This document shows, piece by piece, positions 10,309-20,617 of a stretch of 29,346 nucleotides of DNA. Under the pieces are notes generated by a model. The model saw only the letters and a program-made list of their open reading frames with translations. It made no database searches and was not told the DNA's origin. Origin of the DNA: a virus. Taxonomy: Duplodnaviria > Heunggongvirae > Uroviricota > Caudoviricetes. The position numbers and the translations under genes were made by a program. The stretch lies in IMG/VR virus record IMGVR_UViG_2541047790_000014, positions 1 through 29,346 of that record, one strand, 5' to 3'. The first letter of the stretch is position 1. Each line of letters begins with the position of its first letter.

Positions 10309-10767
10309 CTATCTCCCGTGATTCAGGAAGTCGATTAGTTCTTCGCGTGTGGCGCTGTAAAACGTCACGTCATCCACGCCTTTGAAGTATTTCTTGATGG
10401 TTCCTACACGATTAAGGCCAATCATTGCGCAGTACATCTGCCCGTGGCGGAATTTGCGTGCAGCGAACGATGTGACACACTGAACAGTGGTGTTAGTCAG
10501 AATGTATCGCCAGAACGCCAGCCCGATTTCCTTGCTGAATCCACGAACCTCTGGCAGGTACATGGCGTGGCAATCGAATGTCAGCGGCTGAATCTCCTGA
10601 TAGTAAACAATGCCGCCGAACTGCCCGTGCACGTTCACCTCAAAGTAACGGCAATCAGGTTTGTAGTCGTATCCATCACCGTTGTTGCTCCCGGCAATAA
10701 TGTCAGGGTGATTTCCGACTGCTTCTATCAGGTCGATGTTTCGCGTTGGTTTGAACTGAATCATCAC
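10309..10767 (-). CDS. Ejection-protein assembly factor, P22 gp14-like
   Basis: 152-aa ORF between the needle gene and the gp7-like gene, overlapping the needle gene end. Assigned by synteny. Confidence 0.6.
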   Translation of the reverse strand: MMIQFKPTRNIDLIEAVGNHPDIIAGSNNGDGYDYKPDCRYFEVNVHGQFGGIVYYQEIQPLTFDCHAMYLPEVRGFSKEIGLAFWRYILTNTTVQCVTSFAARKFRHGQMYCAMIGLNRVGTIKKYFKGVDDVTFYSATREELIDFLNHGR

Positions 10768-11717
10768 TGCTCCGCGATTATCTTGATGGTTGTGGCAGTA
10801 AACGCCGCACCATTTGACTGAATGGTTAACGTGCTGCCATTTGTGGCAAGAAAGCCGTCTTTATCCACGCTGAAGAACGTAGCTAACAGGATGTTATCGG
10901 TTGTTGTCGCCGAGTTGCGACTGCTTACCAGTGTGTCAGGAACAGAGCTGGAAAAGGTTAGCTGCATTGACCTGTTTGCGGTTCCGCTGGGCCACGTCCC
11001 GACGATCGACAGCTTGAAGAACAAGGTTTTGTTCTCGTTGAACACAACCATCTTGTTGTTAACGGTGTCGAAGAATGGTGCCAACGTGCCGGATGACGGC
11101 GTGAGCGTTTTCAGCAGGCTAACAAGGTTGGTCGGCGCTGTCGGGATGGTTACCGATACTCCTGAGTAAACAACCTCTGATTTCTTGCGCGTGGTGGCAT
11201 ACTCAAGCGCAGATATTCTTGTTGAGTGATCACCAACTGTGCTTTGTAGTGTCGAAATACTTCCCTCTGCCGCTGTGAGCCTGGTATCAAGTGCGTCGAT
11301 ATCGGTTGTATTCTGAGTTATTCGCGCATCATGGTTTGCTAACTCAGATTCATTGGCAGCAATTCGCGTCTCGTGATCAGCCAGCTCTGTTTCGGCAGCC
11401 GTAATCCTTGTTTCATGATCTGCAAGAGTGCTTTCCGCTGCTGCAATTCTATGTTCATGATTGATGAGAGTTGCTTCAGCAGCTTCAATTCTGGATTCAT
11501 GGTCTGCAAGGGTGACATCCTGCTCATCATTCTTCACCTGTGCATCATAAGCCCCCTTCCCTGCTTCGTTGGCCTTGTTAGCCACGTTACCAACATCAGT
11601 GCCCTGTGCGATAACGTAAAGCAGATACGACTGCGAGAAGATATTGCGTGGAAGAACTGATGTATCGAGCCGCGTAGCCTGGATGATTACTGGCTCATTG
11701 AGATTCGAATCAGCCAT
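10764..11717 (-). CDS. Tail needle protein (gp26-like) with extended coiled coil and C-terminal knob-like domain
   Basis: N-terminus [43 protein letters not shown]...[11 protein letters not shown] closely matches my recollection of P22 gp26. This is followed by repeated LADHETRI-type heptads and an extra Ser/Thr-rich C-terminal domain of about 140 aa. Confidence 0.85.
   Translation of the reverse strand: MADSNLNEPVIIQATRLDTSVLPRNIFSQSYLLYVIAQGTDVGNVANKANEAGKGAYDAQVKNDEQDVTLADHESRIEAAEATLINHEHRIAAAESTLADHETRITAAETELADHETRIAANESELANHDARITQNTTDIDALDTRLTAAEGSISTLQSTVGDHSTRISALEYATTRKKSEVVYSGVSVTIPTAPTNLVSLLKTLTPSSGTLAPFFDTVNNKMVVFNENKTLFFKLSIVGTWPSGTANRSMQLTFSSSVPDTLVSSRNSATTTDNILLATFFSVDKDGFLATNGSTLTIQSNGAAFTATTIKIIAEQ
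11270..11520. repeat. Imperfect tandem 42-bp coding repeats (coiled-coil heptads) inside the needle gene
   Basis: Repeating DNA units encode [13 protein letters not shown] / [13 protein letters not shown] / [13 protein letters not shown]. Confidence 0.6.
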
Positions 11718-13135
11718 TACTCAATCCTTATCTGGCAGCCAGACAGAGTGACAGGTGACTTCGTGATAACGCGCAATTTGAAGCCGACATTTTTCCTGAT
11801 GCGCCCGACTCGCTTCCACAAAACGCGTTTGTCGTAAACGAACGGTTCATTCTGCTCAATCATCTGCTCACGACCGTAATTTATGCCGTCAGTGGTTGCA
11901 GAGAGAAAAAGGCGATCGGCGTACTGCGCAACACCCGTTGAAGATTCAACTTCAAGGTCGAAAACTCTGGCGTTATCCGCTTTGAAGAGGGGAGTAAACA
12001 GCAGGTGTTCCTGTTGCTTGTCGTACTGGCTGCTGATATCGAACTGCAATTTGCCGGTAACCGATTCCAGCTTATCGCCGCACGTTATCTGATTGCCTTC
12101 GTAAATGAAGTCGATAGCGCGGTACACATCGTCATACAAGCCTGTTTTCAGCACACACCATTGCGGACCATTGGCGCTTGAAGATGCGTCGTACACGAGA
12201 ACATGGCGAGGAAGGTGGATAATCAGCAACTCATGAGCATCAAATCGCAGCGATTCCATCACACCATCAGCCAGTTCATCAGCAGTGTAGGAGCGGAGGA
12301 TTTTCTCAATGCTCGCGCTGGCGATTGGTGACACCTGACCGGAGCCGATGATGTATACAGACGGCGCACCCGTTGCCGGATTGCTGATGAACGCATAGGA
12401 ATCAGCAAACGGCGTTTTGCAGTAAGTTCCGGCAATGCCTTTCTGCACCATCAGCGATGGCTGTGCGACATACAACGCGGCACCAACAGTGGTTGCACCA
12501 GTCAGGGAGAAATATTCAATCGTTGATGAACCAAAGCAGACGATGAAGTCTCGCCATGTTCCGATACCGATGATGCCGTCCGGCTGCGATTCTGCGCGAT
12601 ATTGTGCGCTGTATCGGTCAGGATGCGATTCGTCTTCAAGGTCAGTGATAAACCATGAATCAGTTCCGTCTTTTGACCACGCATAACGCCCACGTAAGCG
12701 CGTAATGTCGCGGACTGAGCCTAACTCATACTGAGTGAATCCACTGTCTGTAGGCCAGTTTGAGACGGTTTTAACCGTGCCATCATAGCGATACTCGACC
12801 AGTTGACCATTAACGCCTACAGCCTGAGATGTCCGACCATGCGCCATTGATACGCGACCACTTCCGGCGACGTCACCGACTTCGCTTTCGCCTTTGTAAA
12901 GCTTCCCACCACACACGCGATAAACAGCACTCTGCGCCATGTTGTACTCGACGCCGCGCGATACGCCGTTCACATCAGAACGTTTGGCAATGCCCGGGAA
13001 TGAGCGAAGATATCCGCTGCTGTTAAGGATTTCTTTGGGTGTTGCCAACATATTTACTGGCAGATAGTCGATATAGTCGGCGTTTCGAAAGTCTTTGCCG
13101 ACACCTTTCATAAGCGGAAGTTGCTGAATCGGCAT
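11717..13135 (-). CDS. Tail hub / packaged-DNA stabilization protein, P22 gp10-like
   Basis: 472-aa protein (same length as P22 gp10) in the gp4-gp10-gp26 block; ATGA overlap with the needle gene. Confidence 0.75.
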   Translation of the reverse strand: MPIQQLPLMKGVGKDFRNADYIDYLPVNMLATPKEILNSSGYLRSFPGIAKRSDVNGVSRGVEYNMAQSAVYRVCGGKLYKGESEVGDVAGSGRVSMAHGRTSQAVGVNGQLVEYRYDGTVKTVSNWPTDSGFTQYELGSVRDITRLRGRYAWSKDGTDSWFITDLEDESHPDRYSAQYRAESQPDGIIGIGTWRDFIVCFGSSTIEYFSLTGATTVGAALYVAQPSLMVQKGIAGTYCKTPFADSYAFISNPATGAPSVYIIGSGQVSPIASASIEKILRSYTADELADGVMESLRFDAHELLIIHLPRHVLVYDASSSANGPQWCVLKTGLYDDVYRAIDFIYEGNQITCGDKLESVTGKLQFDISSQYDKQQEHLLFTPLFKADNARVFDLEVESSTGVAQYADRLFLSATTDGINYGREQMIEQNEPFVYDKRVLWKRVGRIRKNVGFKLRVITKSPVTLSGCQIRIE

Positions 13136-13144
13136 TTATTCACC

Positions 13145-13606
13145 TCACGTACTCGGATCATCTTTCTCGATGTAAAACCGATTCCACGTAAACGCGCTTT
13201 TGTTACCACTACCGCGAGGCATGTCATTTCGTCGCTCAAGTGGTGGTATTTTGGTTAAAGCGATACAGATTGTCTGATATGCACTGTCAGCAGCGGTCAG
13301 GAGAGCATCCGACGGCTGAATGACGTTATCCATGCACACTTGCACAGCGAGCTTCAAAGCGACGCCATCATTTGCCCATGCAGGGATACCTGAATCATCG
13401 TCAGGTAACGGCATGATGCCGTTTTCTGTATCCGCAAACTGATATCCAAGCTCGATACCTTTCGCCTGCCATGCTGCCATCATGTCTTCGAGGTCATTAA
13501 TGGCATCTTCAATTGCCTGAGGGTCGGCATCTGTCAACGTGGCATTGGAATACAGCCCGGCTTTTCGTAAAGCCTTAAGAACGAGATCACCCTTCGTTTT
13601 CGCCAT
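13145..13606 (-). CDS. Head-to-tail adaptor / DNA stabilization protein, P22 gp4-like
   Basis: 153-aa protein with N-terminus KTKGDLVLKALRKAGLYSNATLTDADPQAIEDAINDLEDMMAAWQ resembling P22 gp4. Confidence 0.8.
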   Translation of the reverse strand: MAKTKGDLVLKALRKAGLYSNATLTDADPQAIEDAINDLEDMMAAWQAKGIELGYQFADTENGIMPLPDDDSGIPAWANDGVALKLAVQVCMDNVIQPSDALLTAADSAYQTICIALTKIPPLERRNDMPRGSGNKSAFTWNRFYIEKDDPST

Positions 13607-13775
13607 CTTCTTCCGCCTTAGCCACTTTTTGCTTCGTTGCGGTTTCTTCAGGAGTTTTTACCCAGCCTTTTTTCAGGTGAGTTTTAACTTCTTCGTCATC
13701 AACAATGATGTAATCGACAGCAAACTGACCACAGGTGATCATGTTGCCCGGCTTATAGAGCATTGTTCGTGCCAT
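13587..13775 (-). CDS. Hypothetical small protein between coat and gp4-like genes
   Basis: 62-aa ORF from MARTMLYK with RBS GGGAG 6 nt upstream. The track ORF extends 13 codons further, into the terminator. Confidence 0.45.
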   Translation of the reverse strand: MARTMLYKPGNMITCGQFAVDYIIVDDEEVKTHLKKGWVKTPEETATKQKVAKAEEDGENEG

Positions 13776-13784
13776 TGTCTTCTC

Positions 13785-13810
13785 CCAATAAAAATGGGGC
13801 CGAAGCCCCA
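13785..13810 (-). terminator. Rho-independent terminator just after the coat gene
   Basis: Minus-strand hairpin GGGGC-TTCG-GCCCC followed by ATTTTTATT, 7 nt after the coat stop. Confidence 0.6.
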
Positions 13811-13816
13811 CCAAAA

Positions 13817-15070
13817 TTACTGCCCGGCAATAACGATGCCCGTATATTCAGGAACCAGTACAGAGCAACCGTACAGAGTGGTGAAACGCGCAGTGGTTAC
13901 GCCTTTGATGTGGTCGAAGGCGTAAGACATGATCAGCGTAGCGCCCTGCTCGGTGGTTGCTGTCATTACCTGTGGACCCTGACCAGTCGGGAACGCCAGT
14001 TTGCCGTACATCAGTTCAACAGAACCATCAGCCCAGAACAGGTTAGCCGGTGCGGCATTTTTGTTGAGAATGGTAATTGCTGCACCATTTGCCGCGTTAG
14101 CATCAACGTTTGCATATGGACGGCTGGCGGCATCCGCGTTGTCAGGCGGCAGAATTTTCGGGGAGATAGTTACTGTCGTTCCGCTTACTGCCAGAACGCG
14201 GAATACCTGCGGCTGCCCGGTGGTATCTTTGGTGATCTGGTGTACGGAATTCACGCCAGCAATGGTGAACGCATCGCCAGCCTGCAAACCAGATGCAGAT
14301 ACCGTAATGGTCCCCTGTCGGTTATCCACTGGCATATCGTTGGCATCTTTCGCTTCAACCTTGTGCGCAGGTTCAGCCGCCAGCGTCAGGGAAGTTGCTG
14401 TCCCTTTCGGAACACGACCAGAAATATCGGTCTTGTAGCTATCGAAGGACGCAACCGGAGGGATCTGCGCTTTTTCGTATGCTGTCAGGGTTGCGCCCTG
14501 AGCATAAGCACGGTGACCAAGCTCGCCAGCAAGGTCTTTGTAGTTGAAGGGGTTCCAGAAAGAGCGGCGGTTGATACCCTGTGGTACACCAATCGCCGTC
14601 ATGGTGGCATCAATACCTGCCGCACAGTTCCACAAATCACGTCCCTGTGAACCAGTGGTTGAGTCAGCCATTGTGATCACGTTAGTAGCACGCTGCGTGA
14701 CCATGGAAATCAGGTCAGAGTCAATCTGTGCAGCAAGGCGCATACCTGCGGCGCGACCAGCTTCAGTTTTATGTTCCGGGTCACGCATTTCACGCGCATC
14801 CAGAGTGTACAGAATGTTTTTCGGCTCCTTGAACACTGAAGGAACAAGGCGCTGAACCAGTGCTGTTGGTGTTTTGCTGCTGAGATCGAGGCCTTCCTCA
14901 ATGTTCATGTGGTAATGCTGCGGACGATACAGAACATCACCTGCTCGCTGCATTGCTGTATCACCGGGACGGAATTTTTTAGCGTTACGGGAAACTACGC
15001 AGGCGGCCTCAAAGCCTTCAACGTAGTTTTCGAACATGATTTCAAGGTCTTTTGCTAATTGGTTAGCCAT
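13817..15070 (-). CDS. Major capsid (coat) protein, P22/Sf6 gp5-like
   Basis: 417-aa protein following the scaffold gene in the canonical portal-scaffold-coat order, with a terminator after it. Family assigned by synteny and size. Confidence 0.8.
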   Translation of the reverse strand: MANQLAKDLEIMFENYVEGFEAACVVSRNAKKFRPGDTAMQRAGDVLYRPQHYHMNIEEGLDLSSKTPTALVQRLVPSVFKEPKNILYTLDAREMRDPEHKTEAGRAAGMRLAAQIDSDLISMVTQRATNVITMADSTTGSQGRDLWNCAAGIDATMTAIGVPQGINRRSFWNPFNYKDLAGELGHRAYAQGATLTAYEKAQIPPVASFDSYKTDISGRVPKGTATSLTLAAEPAHKVEAKDANDMPVDNRQGTITVSASGLQAGDAFTIAGVNSVHQITKDTTGQPQVFRVLAVSGTTVTISPKILPPDNADAASRPYANVDANAANGAAITILNKNAAPANLFWADGSVELMYGKLAFPTGQGPQVMTATTEQGATLIMSYAFDHIKGVTTARFTTLYGCSVLVPEYTGIVIAGQ

Positions 15071-15088
15071 GCTTAATGCTCCGATAGG

Positions 15089-15982
15089 TTATTTTTTTGC
15101 CTTTTTAGCGGCGAAATACGGCGTCCAGTCACCAGTTTCCAGCGCCCTGGCTTTCAGTTTGTCGAGGTTGTTGATTACTGCGCCGTTGCTCCCCTTAACT
15201 GTCGGGGTTGTGGCTGCCGTGGTTTTTGCTTTTGGCATGATTCTGGCCTTAGATTCGATACGTTCCAGCAGACGACCAATTGCTACGGGGTTGGTAGCTT
15301 CTGCCAGTTGCTTGCGCAGTTCAGCGTTGCGACCGAGTGCCAGAACAACGATTTCCGGCTTCTCTGACTCAAACAGGATCGCGTTTTGTGTCTCGATGGG
15401 GATTTCCTCGAGTACGGCCTGTTCAGCTTCCTGATAGCCAGGAACCTTGAGGGCCTTAACACGTTGCTGATATTTGGATAATCGCTCTTGATAGGCAGCC
15501 TGAAGCTCCTGCTCCTTCTGCTTGCGAGCCATCTCCTGTTGCTGGTACTTGCCGTTATCCTCTGCCCACTTAGCCATGCGTTGCTGGTAGATTTCTTCAT
15601 CGAAATCGATGTCCTCATCATCCAGTTTTGGCATTCGCGGTGGTTGAGTGATTACCGGCTGCTGCTCGACGGGTTTCTGAGACTGACGCATCAGCTCTTT
15701 CAGCTCGCGGTCTTTCTCTTTAATCGTCTTGCGCAGGTGTTTTACCAGTCCATGCTCTGCGCCATCTTCGCTGGTTGGCGAATCCAGCTTTTCGTCACCA
15801 AAGTAGAATTCCTGTTCTGATTCGTCGTCATCAGTTTCAGTAGCTTCCTCTGCATCATTGCCGGATGACTCACTGCCATCTTCTTTTTCGACTTCTTCAG
15901 CCAGTTCGACATCATCAGGAATCTGCTCTGACGCGTCGGTTTCGATTTCAACTTCTGGTGTGTTTTCTGCCATCTGGTCCAT
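15089..15982 (-). CDS. Scaffolding protein
   Basis: 297-aa highly acidic N-terminus, charged coiled-coil middle and basic C-terminal helix-turn-helix-like tail, between portal and coat. Confidence 0.8.
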   Translation of the reverse strand: MDQMAENTPEVEIETDASEQIPDDVELAEEVEKEDGSESSGNDAEEATETDDDESEQEFYFGDEKLDSPTSEDGAEHGLVKHLRKTIKEKDRELKELMRQSQKPVEQQPVITQPPRMPKLDDEDIDFDEEIYQQRMAKWAEDNGKYQQQEMARKQKEQELQAAYQERLSKYQQRVKALKVPGYQEAEQAVLEEIPIETQNAILFESEKPEIVVLALGRNAELRKQLAEATNPVAIGRLLERIESKARIMPKAKTTAATTPTVKGSNGAVINNLDKLKARALETGDWTPYFAAKKAKK

Positions 15983-16075
15983 TTGTTACCCCTGTTTACT
16001 CGATGTTCAGCCCATCGGAAGGCAATAGGGTGCCAGGCCTCATAAAGACAGCCATTGCACGTTATGGGTTAATTA

Positions 16076-18271
16076 CTACTGTGGTTGTTGCTGAGTTGAT
16101 TTTTGCAGGATGCTGCTGATGTCCATGCGCTGCGCATGGCCCTGTGCCTGACTTTTCAGGACAAGCTCTGCATCAGCACGGGCATTATCTCCTTGCTGTT
16201 GCTGGAACTGTCCGAGCAGTTTCAGCGCCTCACGGATATCAGATTTTTGCTGGCTATCGGCAGATGCGAGGATTTTCACAACATTTGCCACAGCAACCTG
16301 AGCATCCGTCTGTGCCTGGAATGCTTTAACCTGAATGGCTGCCTGTTCGTTCTGCGCTTTCTGCAATTCAGCCTGACCAGCAAGAAGCTGACCTTGCGCT
16401 GCAACCATAGCCGGATCTGGCTGACTGGCCTGTTGTTGTTTCGCCTGTTCAACCATCTGCTGTTCTTCAGGCGTTCTCGGCTTGATAACGCCAGACAGAA
16501 GCAACTGATTGCGGTTGTATTCTTTCAGGTCGTCCATCCCTTCGCCGTCCATATTGTCGAGAATCATCGACGATACAAGGTCGTGCTTCGGCGTTCCTGG
16601 TGGGATAAGTGCCAGCATGGAAAGTAACGACTTAACCGTTGCGTCACGGCGAGTAGCGAACGACTGACCGACATCGACAGTCACTTCATAGTTACCCTGC
16701 GAAAGGTCGTTAAGCGCGATAACCTGCCCTGTCTGACGGTCAACCACTTCACCAGTCATCAGCGCCACGTCATCGCTGCCGTCCTCATTCACGATACGCA
16801 TCGGCGTATCACTGCCATAGACCTCACGCGCCATAGAAAGCCACACAACGCCAGCGCGACGCATGGATTTAGCCATGTTGTCCATGTAGATATAGGACTG
16901 CGTATCCATCCGGTTAAAGATGCTATCAACGGTATCGGTGGCGACGTTGCTCGGCATGTTCTCAAGCTGCGACGCACCTGTAATTTGCTGAATAGCCGTT
17001 CCGGTGTACTGCAATAGCCCGGCAAGAGCTGGAGGCATTTGTGTCGGAGGTGTCCAGCCAGCAACCTGAGCTTCTGAAATGACTGTTCCGTTTTTGTCCT
17101 TCTTGCTGGTCATAGGAAGAACTGCAGGTCTATTCTTATTCCTCTCTGCCCAGTAATTCATTAATGGGCCGGGAATGAAATCAACATCCACGATAGGAAT
17201 GCCATCACCGCCAGCCTGAGTGGCGTTATCTGCAATCATGGAAACCATCAGGTTCTCAAGACGCTGTGCATCCATCGCTTTTGCTGCGTGGCCTTCGATT
17301 CGCTCCTGATTATCAACAAATGAACGACGCCCATATACCGGGATGAGAGGAATATGTTCGCCCGGAATGCGCTTCGGTTCTTCCAGCCATTCAGCGCCAG
17401 ACAGAAGACCGCAATAAACTCGGCGTTTCTTCACTGTCCGCTCACCAATCAGTTCGAATGCACCATCGGTCAGCTCGTCGACAATATCTTTGATTTGCTC
17501 TTCATCATAGATTGCCGTTTCTCCGCTAACAGGGTTGCGCCACGCCGTGAGCTTCACCTTCTCTATGCGAACTTCGTAGTAGCGTCCAACATAGATGGCA
17601 TCTGGCGTTGACCAGTCATACTGAGTACCAGTGCCATCACGAGAAAGGCTTGCCGCAATGGAATCAGGGTATTCAGCCTCGAACGCTTTAGGCGTCATGG
17701 AGAACATTTCCATAGCCCACATAGCATCAGATCGGTCATATTGCTTGCTGTCCTGATCGAAGAAGACGCATGTCGCTGGGTCGTAAACAGGAAGAAGACT
17801 GATGCGTCGCTGCTCGTTACTCGGATCCATTTCATCTTCGTAATCGGCACACATGCGGAAACAACCGAATCCGCCCGTTACAGCATCATCAAATGCGTTA
17901 TCACACGCTTCACCACCGGATGTTTCCTGATAGTCAGCGCGGAATTTGCCGTTCATCTTTTCGGCTAACGCTTCCGATGCCTTATCGTCCTTCGGCCTGA
18001 ATTTAACGCTGATGCGATTCTGTCGATACTCGCCAATGATGCGATCACATTCACGGGCAATCTTATTCAGTTCAAAGCGCGGGTAATGCTCAAACCTGCC
18101 TTCATCAAATGAGTAACCAGCGTTTGTGCTGCCTTCCCACTGTGCGCCGGATACCCGGACGAAACGTTGAGCCTCAATAATCTGCTCACGCATATCCTGC
18201 GTTGCTGACCAGGCATTATCAAAGTTGCACAGCACCTTGCGATGCCAGTCAGTCATCTTTTTTTCTGCCAT
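16076..18271 (-). CDS. Portal protein, P22 gp1-like with long C-terminal coiled-coil barrel
   Basis: 731 aa, similar in size to P22 portal, with a Gln/Ala-rich helical C-terminus (AQGQLLAGQAELQKAQNEQAAIQVKAFQAQTDAQ), immediately downstream of the large terminase gene. Confidence 0.85.
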   Translation of the reverse strand: MAEKKMTDWHRKVLCNFDNAWSATQDMREQIIEAQRFVRVSGAQWEGSTNAGYSFDEGRFEHYPRFELNKIARECDRIIGEYRQNRISVKFRPKDDKASEALAEKMNGKFRADYQETSGGEACDNAFDDAVTGGFGCFRMCADYEDEMDPSNEQRRISLLPVYDPATCVFFDQDSKQYDRSDAMWAMEMFSMTPKAFEAEYPDSIAASLSRDGTGTQYDWSTPDAIYVGRYYEVRIEKVKLTAWRNPVSGETAIYDEEQIKDIVDELTDGAFELIGERTVKKRRVYCGLLSGAEWLEEPKRIPGEHIPLIPVYGRRSFVDNQERIEGHAAKAMDAQRLENLMVSMIADNATQAGGDGIPIVDVDFIPGPLMNYWAERNKNRPAVLPMTSKKDKNGTVISEAQVAGWTPPTQMPPALAGLLQYTGTAIQQITGASQLENMPSNVATDTVDSIFNRMDTQSYIYMDNMAKSMRRAGVVWLSMAREVYGSDTPMRIVNEDGSDDVALMTGEVVDRQTGQVIALNDLSQGNYEVTVDVGQSFATRRDATVKSLLSMLALIPPGTPKHDLVSSMILDNMDGEGMDDLKEYNRNQLLLSGVIKPRTPEEQQMVEQAKQQQASQPDPAMVAAQGQLLAGQAELQKAQNEQAAIQVKAFQAQTDAQVAVANVVKILASADSQQKSDIREALKLLGQFQQQQGDNARADAELVLKSQAQGHAQRMDISSILQKSTQQQPQ

Positions 18272-18272
18272 A

Positions 18273-19688
18273 TCAACCTACACCACAAGGAATTGAGTAA
18301 CTGGAATAGTCGGGTTGCGCAGCCGACTCCGGGCAATGCATACACATCATCAGCGCATCAGCCAGGTTAGGAGATGGAATACCGAGCTTCTGCTTCATTT
18401 CGACCTTAGTCATAAGCTCCAGCTTCCCGTTGTTATTGAATTTGCGCTGAATCTGCGTCAGTTCTGCAAACAGCTTCTCCAGCATCTTCTCGCCTATCGC
18501 TTCTTTGTCGAAACTCAGCATGTCGTCTGGGTCTGCATACTCACCGTGAACAACCGCCCGATATGTCAGATACAGCCTGTCAGCCAGCGCGTAATAGAAT
18601 TGTGCTCGCTTATTGCGGAACACATCACCAATAGTGCGAACGTTGTCGCCCTGTACGACTTCATCGGCCCATGCTCCGGCCTGATAAGGCGCATCTTCAT
18701 CGAATGGCGATTCGCTGCCCTTGAACATCGTGGCGGTGATTTTCTTGCCGGAGAACGCTTCCGTTGTCTGTCTGCGTAGCCCGGCACCAACACCATCACC
18801 ATCCCACAGGTAATGGTCAGCGCCGTCTTCAATCGCCAGCGAAGTAGCCCAGTCAGCACCCTCGTTGATGTCCATCAGCAGACCTTCAGCAATGCGCTTA
18901 ACTACCGAACCGTGACGCGATGCATAACCTTTAGCATCTGGCCCTGTATCTGATGGGTCATGCGCAGAGACAACAGCGCCTTTCGCTTTCCATCCGAGTT
19001 TCTTGTGCGCATCGGTTGCAGCTTCAAGCCATTCTCGTTTGATGATTGCCATATCACTTGCGCTTACCGGCTCACCAAGCCAGATGTGACGATACAGTGT
19101 CGGATTTCTGCGTTTACACTCTTCCATCTCCAGACGGAGAACTTCAGGAAAGTGCGGGTTGTCGGTGTAGTTCACCGTCAGCAGGCAAATATCATCGGGA
19201 GGATTTACAACGAATCGCTGATAGGTATCGTCGAGGATGTTTTTCGGGTTAAAGCTCACCCATATTTCAGAGAACGGCTTACGGATGGTCGGTATCAGGA
19301 TATCCCATGATTCCTTCGTTACCGCTTCCGCTTCTTCCACCCAGCAGATATCAATACCTTCGAGCGATTTAATCTTCGTCGGGTTGTTTTTGATGCCGTA
19401 GAACATGAATTCAGCATTCGTTCCGAGATGACGAATCATGGAACGCTGAATTTCAAACTCAGCCGAATACCCTTCACGCTCAATGGTATCTTCAAGCAGC
19501 CGGATTACCGAATCGCTGATACTGTTTTGCAGTTCACGAGCGCAGAGAATACGCACTGGCTGACGACGCGCCGCTTCAACAAGCAGCCTAGCAATTGCCC
19601 ATGACTTACCGCTACCTCGACCGCCTTTGGCGACTTTGTAGCGATGCGCCTCAATGAACGGTTCAAAGATAGGATTAATCGAGGTCAT
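18273..19688 (-). CDS. Terminase large subunit
   Basis: 471 aa with Walker A KGGRGSGKS near the N-terminus and a C-terminal nuclease-like domain. Start overlaps the small-subunit stop (ATGA). Confidence 0.9.
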   Translation of the reverse strand: MTSINPIFEPFIEAHRYKVAKGGRGSGKSWAIARLLVEAARRQPVRILCARELQNSISDSVIRLLEDTIEREGYSAEFEIQRSMIRHLGTNAEFMFYGIKNNPTKIKSLEGIDICWVEEAEAVTKESWDILIPTIRKPFSEIWVSFNPKNILDDTYQRFVVNPPDDICLLTVNYTDNPHFPEVLRLEMEECKRRNPTLYRHIWLGEPVSASDMAIIKREWLEAATDAHKKLGWKAKGAVVSAHDPSDTGPDAKGYASRHGSVVKRIAEGLLMDINEGADWATSLAIEDGADHYLWDGDGVGAGLRRQTTEAFSGKKITATMFKGSESPFDEDAPYQAGAWADEVVQGDNVRTIGDVFRNKRAQFYYALADRLYLTYRAVVHGEYADPDDMLSFDKEAIGEKMLEKLFAELTQIQRKFNNNGKLELMTKVEMKQKLGIPSPNLADALMMCMHCPESAAQPDYSSYSIPCGVG

Positions 19689-20125
19689 TTTCCGAATAGA
19701 GTGCTCATCGGTGATGTTTCAATCTGGATTGCGCCGCCGTCTTTGCCTGTTAGCTCGTGATCAACCTTGTCGCGCCATTTATCCTTCTGTCGGTTCTTAA
19801 GCCAGAAAATGGCAGCGGTTGTATCAGGCGGGTAATACTTCTCAAGCGGAGTTTCGACAATTCTGTTTTCAATAACACGAATATCGATATCTGGAGCCAC
19901 GAAGCCCATAGCGCGTTGATAAAGACGATCACTAACTTCTGCATCAGCGACGGCCTTACCCTTTTTTATGGACTCCGAAAACTTAGGATAATCAAGCTTC
20001 CACTTGTTAATAGTTGACTCACTGACTTCGAAGAAATCAGCAAGCTCTGCATCGGTGTAGCCCAGCAAGCACAGTTTGCGTGCCTGTTCGGCGTACGCCT
20101 CTTGATACTTTGTTGGGCGCGCCAT
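19685..20125 (-). CDS. Terminase small subunit
   Basis: 146-aa protein with an N-terminal HTH-like segment (YTDAELADFFEVSESTINKWK), directly upstream of and overlapping the large subunit. Confidence 0.75.
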   Translation of the reverse strand: MARPTKYQEAYAEQARKLCLLGYTDAELADFFEVSESTINKWKLDYPKFSESIKKGKAVADAEVSDRLYQRAMGFVAPDIDIRVIENRIVETPLEKYYPPDTTAAIFWLKNRQKDKWRDKVDHELTGKDGGAIQIETSPMSTLFGK

Positions 20126-20127
20126 GT

Positions 20128-20370
20128 TTATGCTCCGGTAGTGAACAGGTCTAACGCTTCCTTCGATTTACGCACCGCTTCAAATGTGCGGATCGTGATA
20201 TCTGAATTAGCGCCGCCTGACTGGAAGTGAATTTTGAATAGCTCAAGCTTCAGCTCGTCAGTGCCAATGAATTGAAATGCTTCTTCTGCGGCTGCGTTCT
20301 GGTTCATGACCAGTTTGTAAATCTCTAACTGGAATTTCTGTTCTTCAGTCATGGGAATAATCTCTGCCAT
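20128..20370 (-). CDS. Hypothetical small acidic protein upstream of the terminase genes
   Basis: 80-aa ORF with RBS GGAGCC, 2 nt from the small terminase start. Confidence 0.55.
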   Translation of the reverse strand: MAEIIPMTEEQKFQLEIYKLVMNQNAAAEEAFQFIGTDELKLELFKIHFQSGGANSDITIRTFEAVRKSKEALDLFTTGA

Positions 20371-20396
20371 TGTTGGCTCCGTTTATCCGTTAAAAG

Positions 20397-20420
20397 GGAT
20401 ATCAGTTAAGATATCCCGTG
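20397..20420. promoter_or_regulatory. Perfect 8-bp inverted repeat GGGATATC-N6-GATATCCC upstream of the terminase operon
   Basis: Lies 27 nt upstream of the 20370 start codon, followed on the minus strand by TTTTAAC. A second palindrome GAGACCA-N9-TGGTCTC sits at 20441-20463. Confidence 0.35.
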
Positions 20421-20617
20421 TAGGGTATAAGCCATTGTCGAGACCACTCATTGAATGGTCTCTGCAATAACCGATGTCTTTCCATCAGTCCGCCACCACA
20501 AAGAATCTTTTTTGCCTTAAGGCTGGAGGTTCATCTTTCAGTGGCTGCCAGTGTTATTTCCCCACTTACTGGCTTGGGTTGTTTCGCTGTACTGCCGTTA
20601 ATTAGTGAGTCCGGGGA

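Noticed and set aside
13763-14650. 295-aa plus-strand ORF (and similar long plus-strand ORFs at 14001..14438, 16103..16627, 18315..18779, 152..571)
   Set aside because: All lie antisense inside well-supported genes (coat, portal, terminase, dacD), have Arg/Cys/Ser-rich low-complexity translations and lack RBSs. Typical shadow ORFs.
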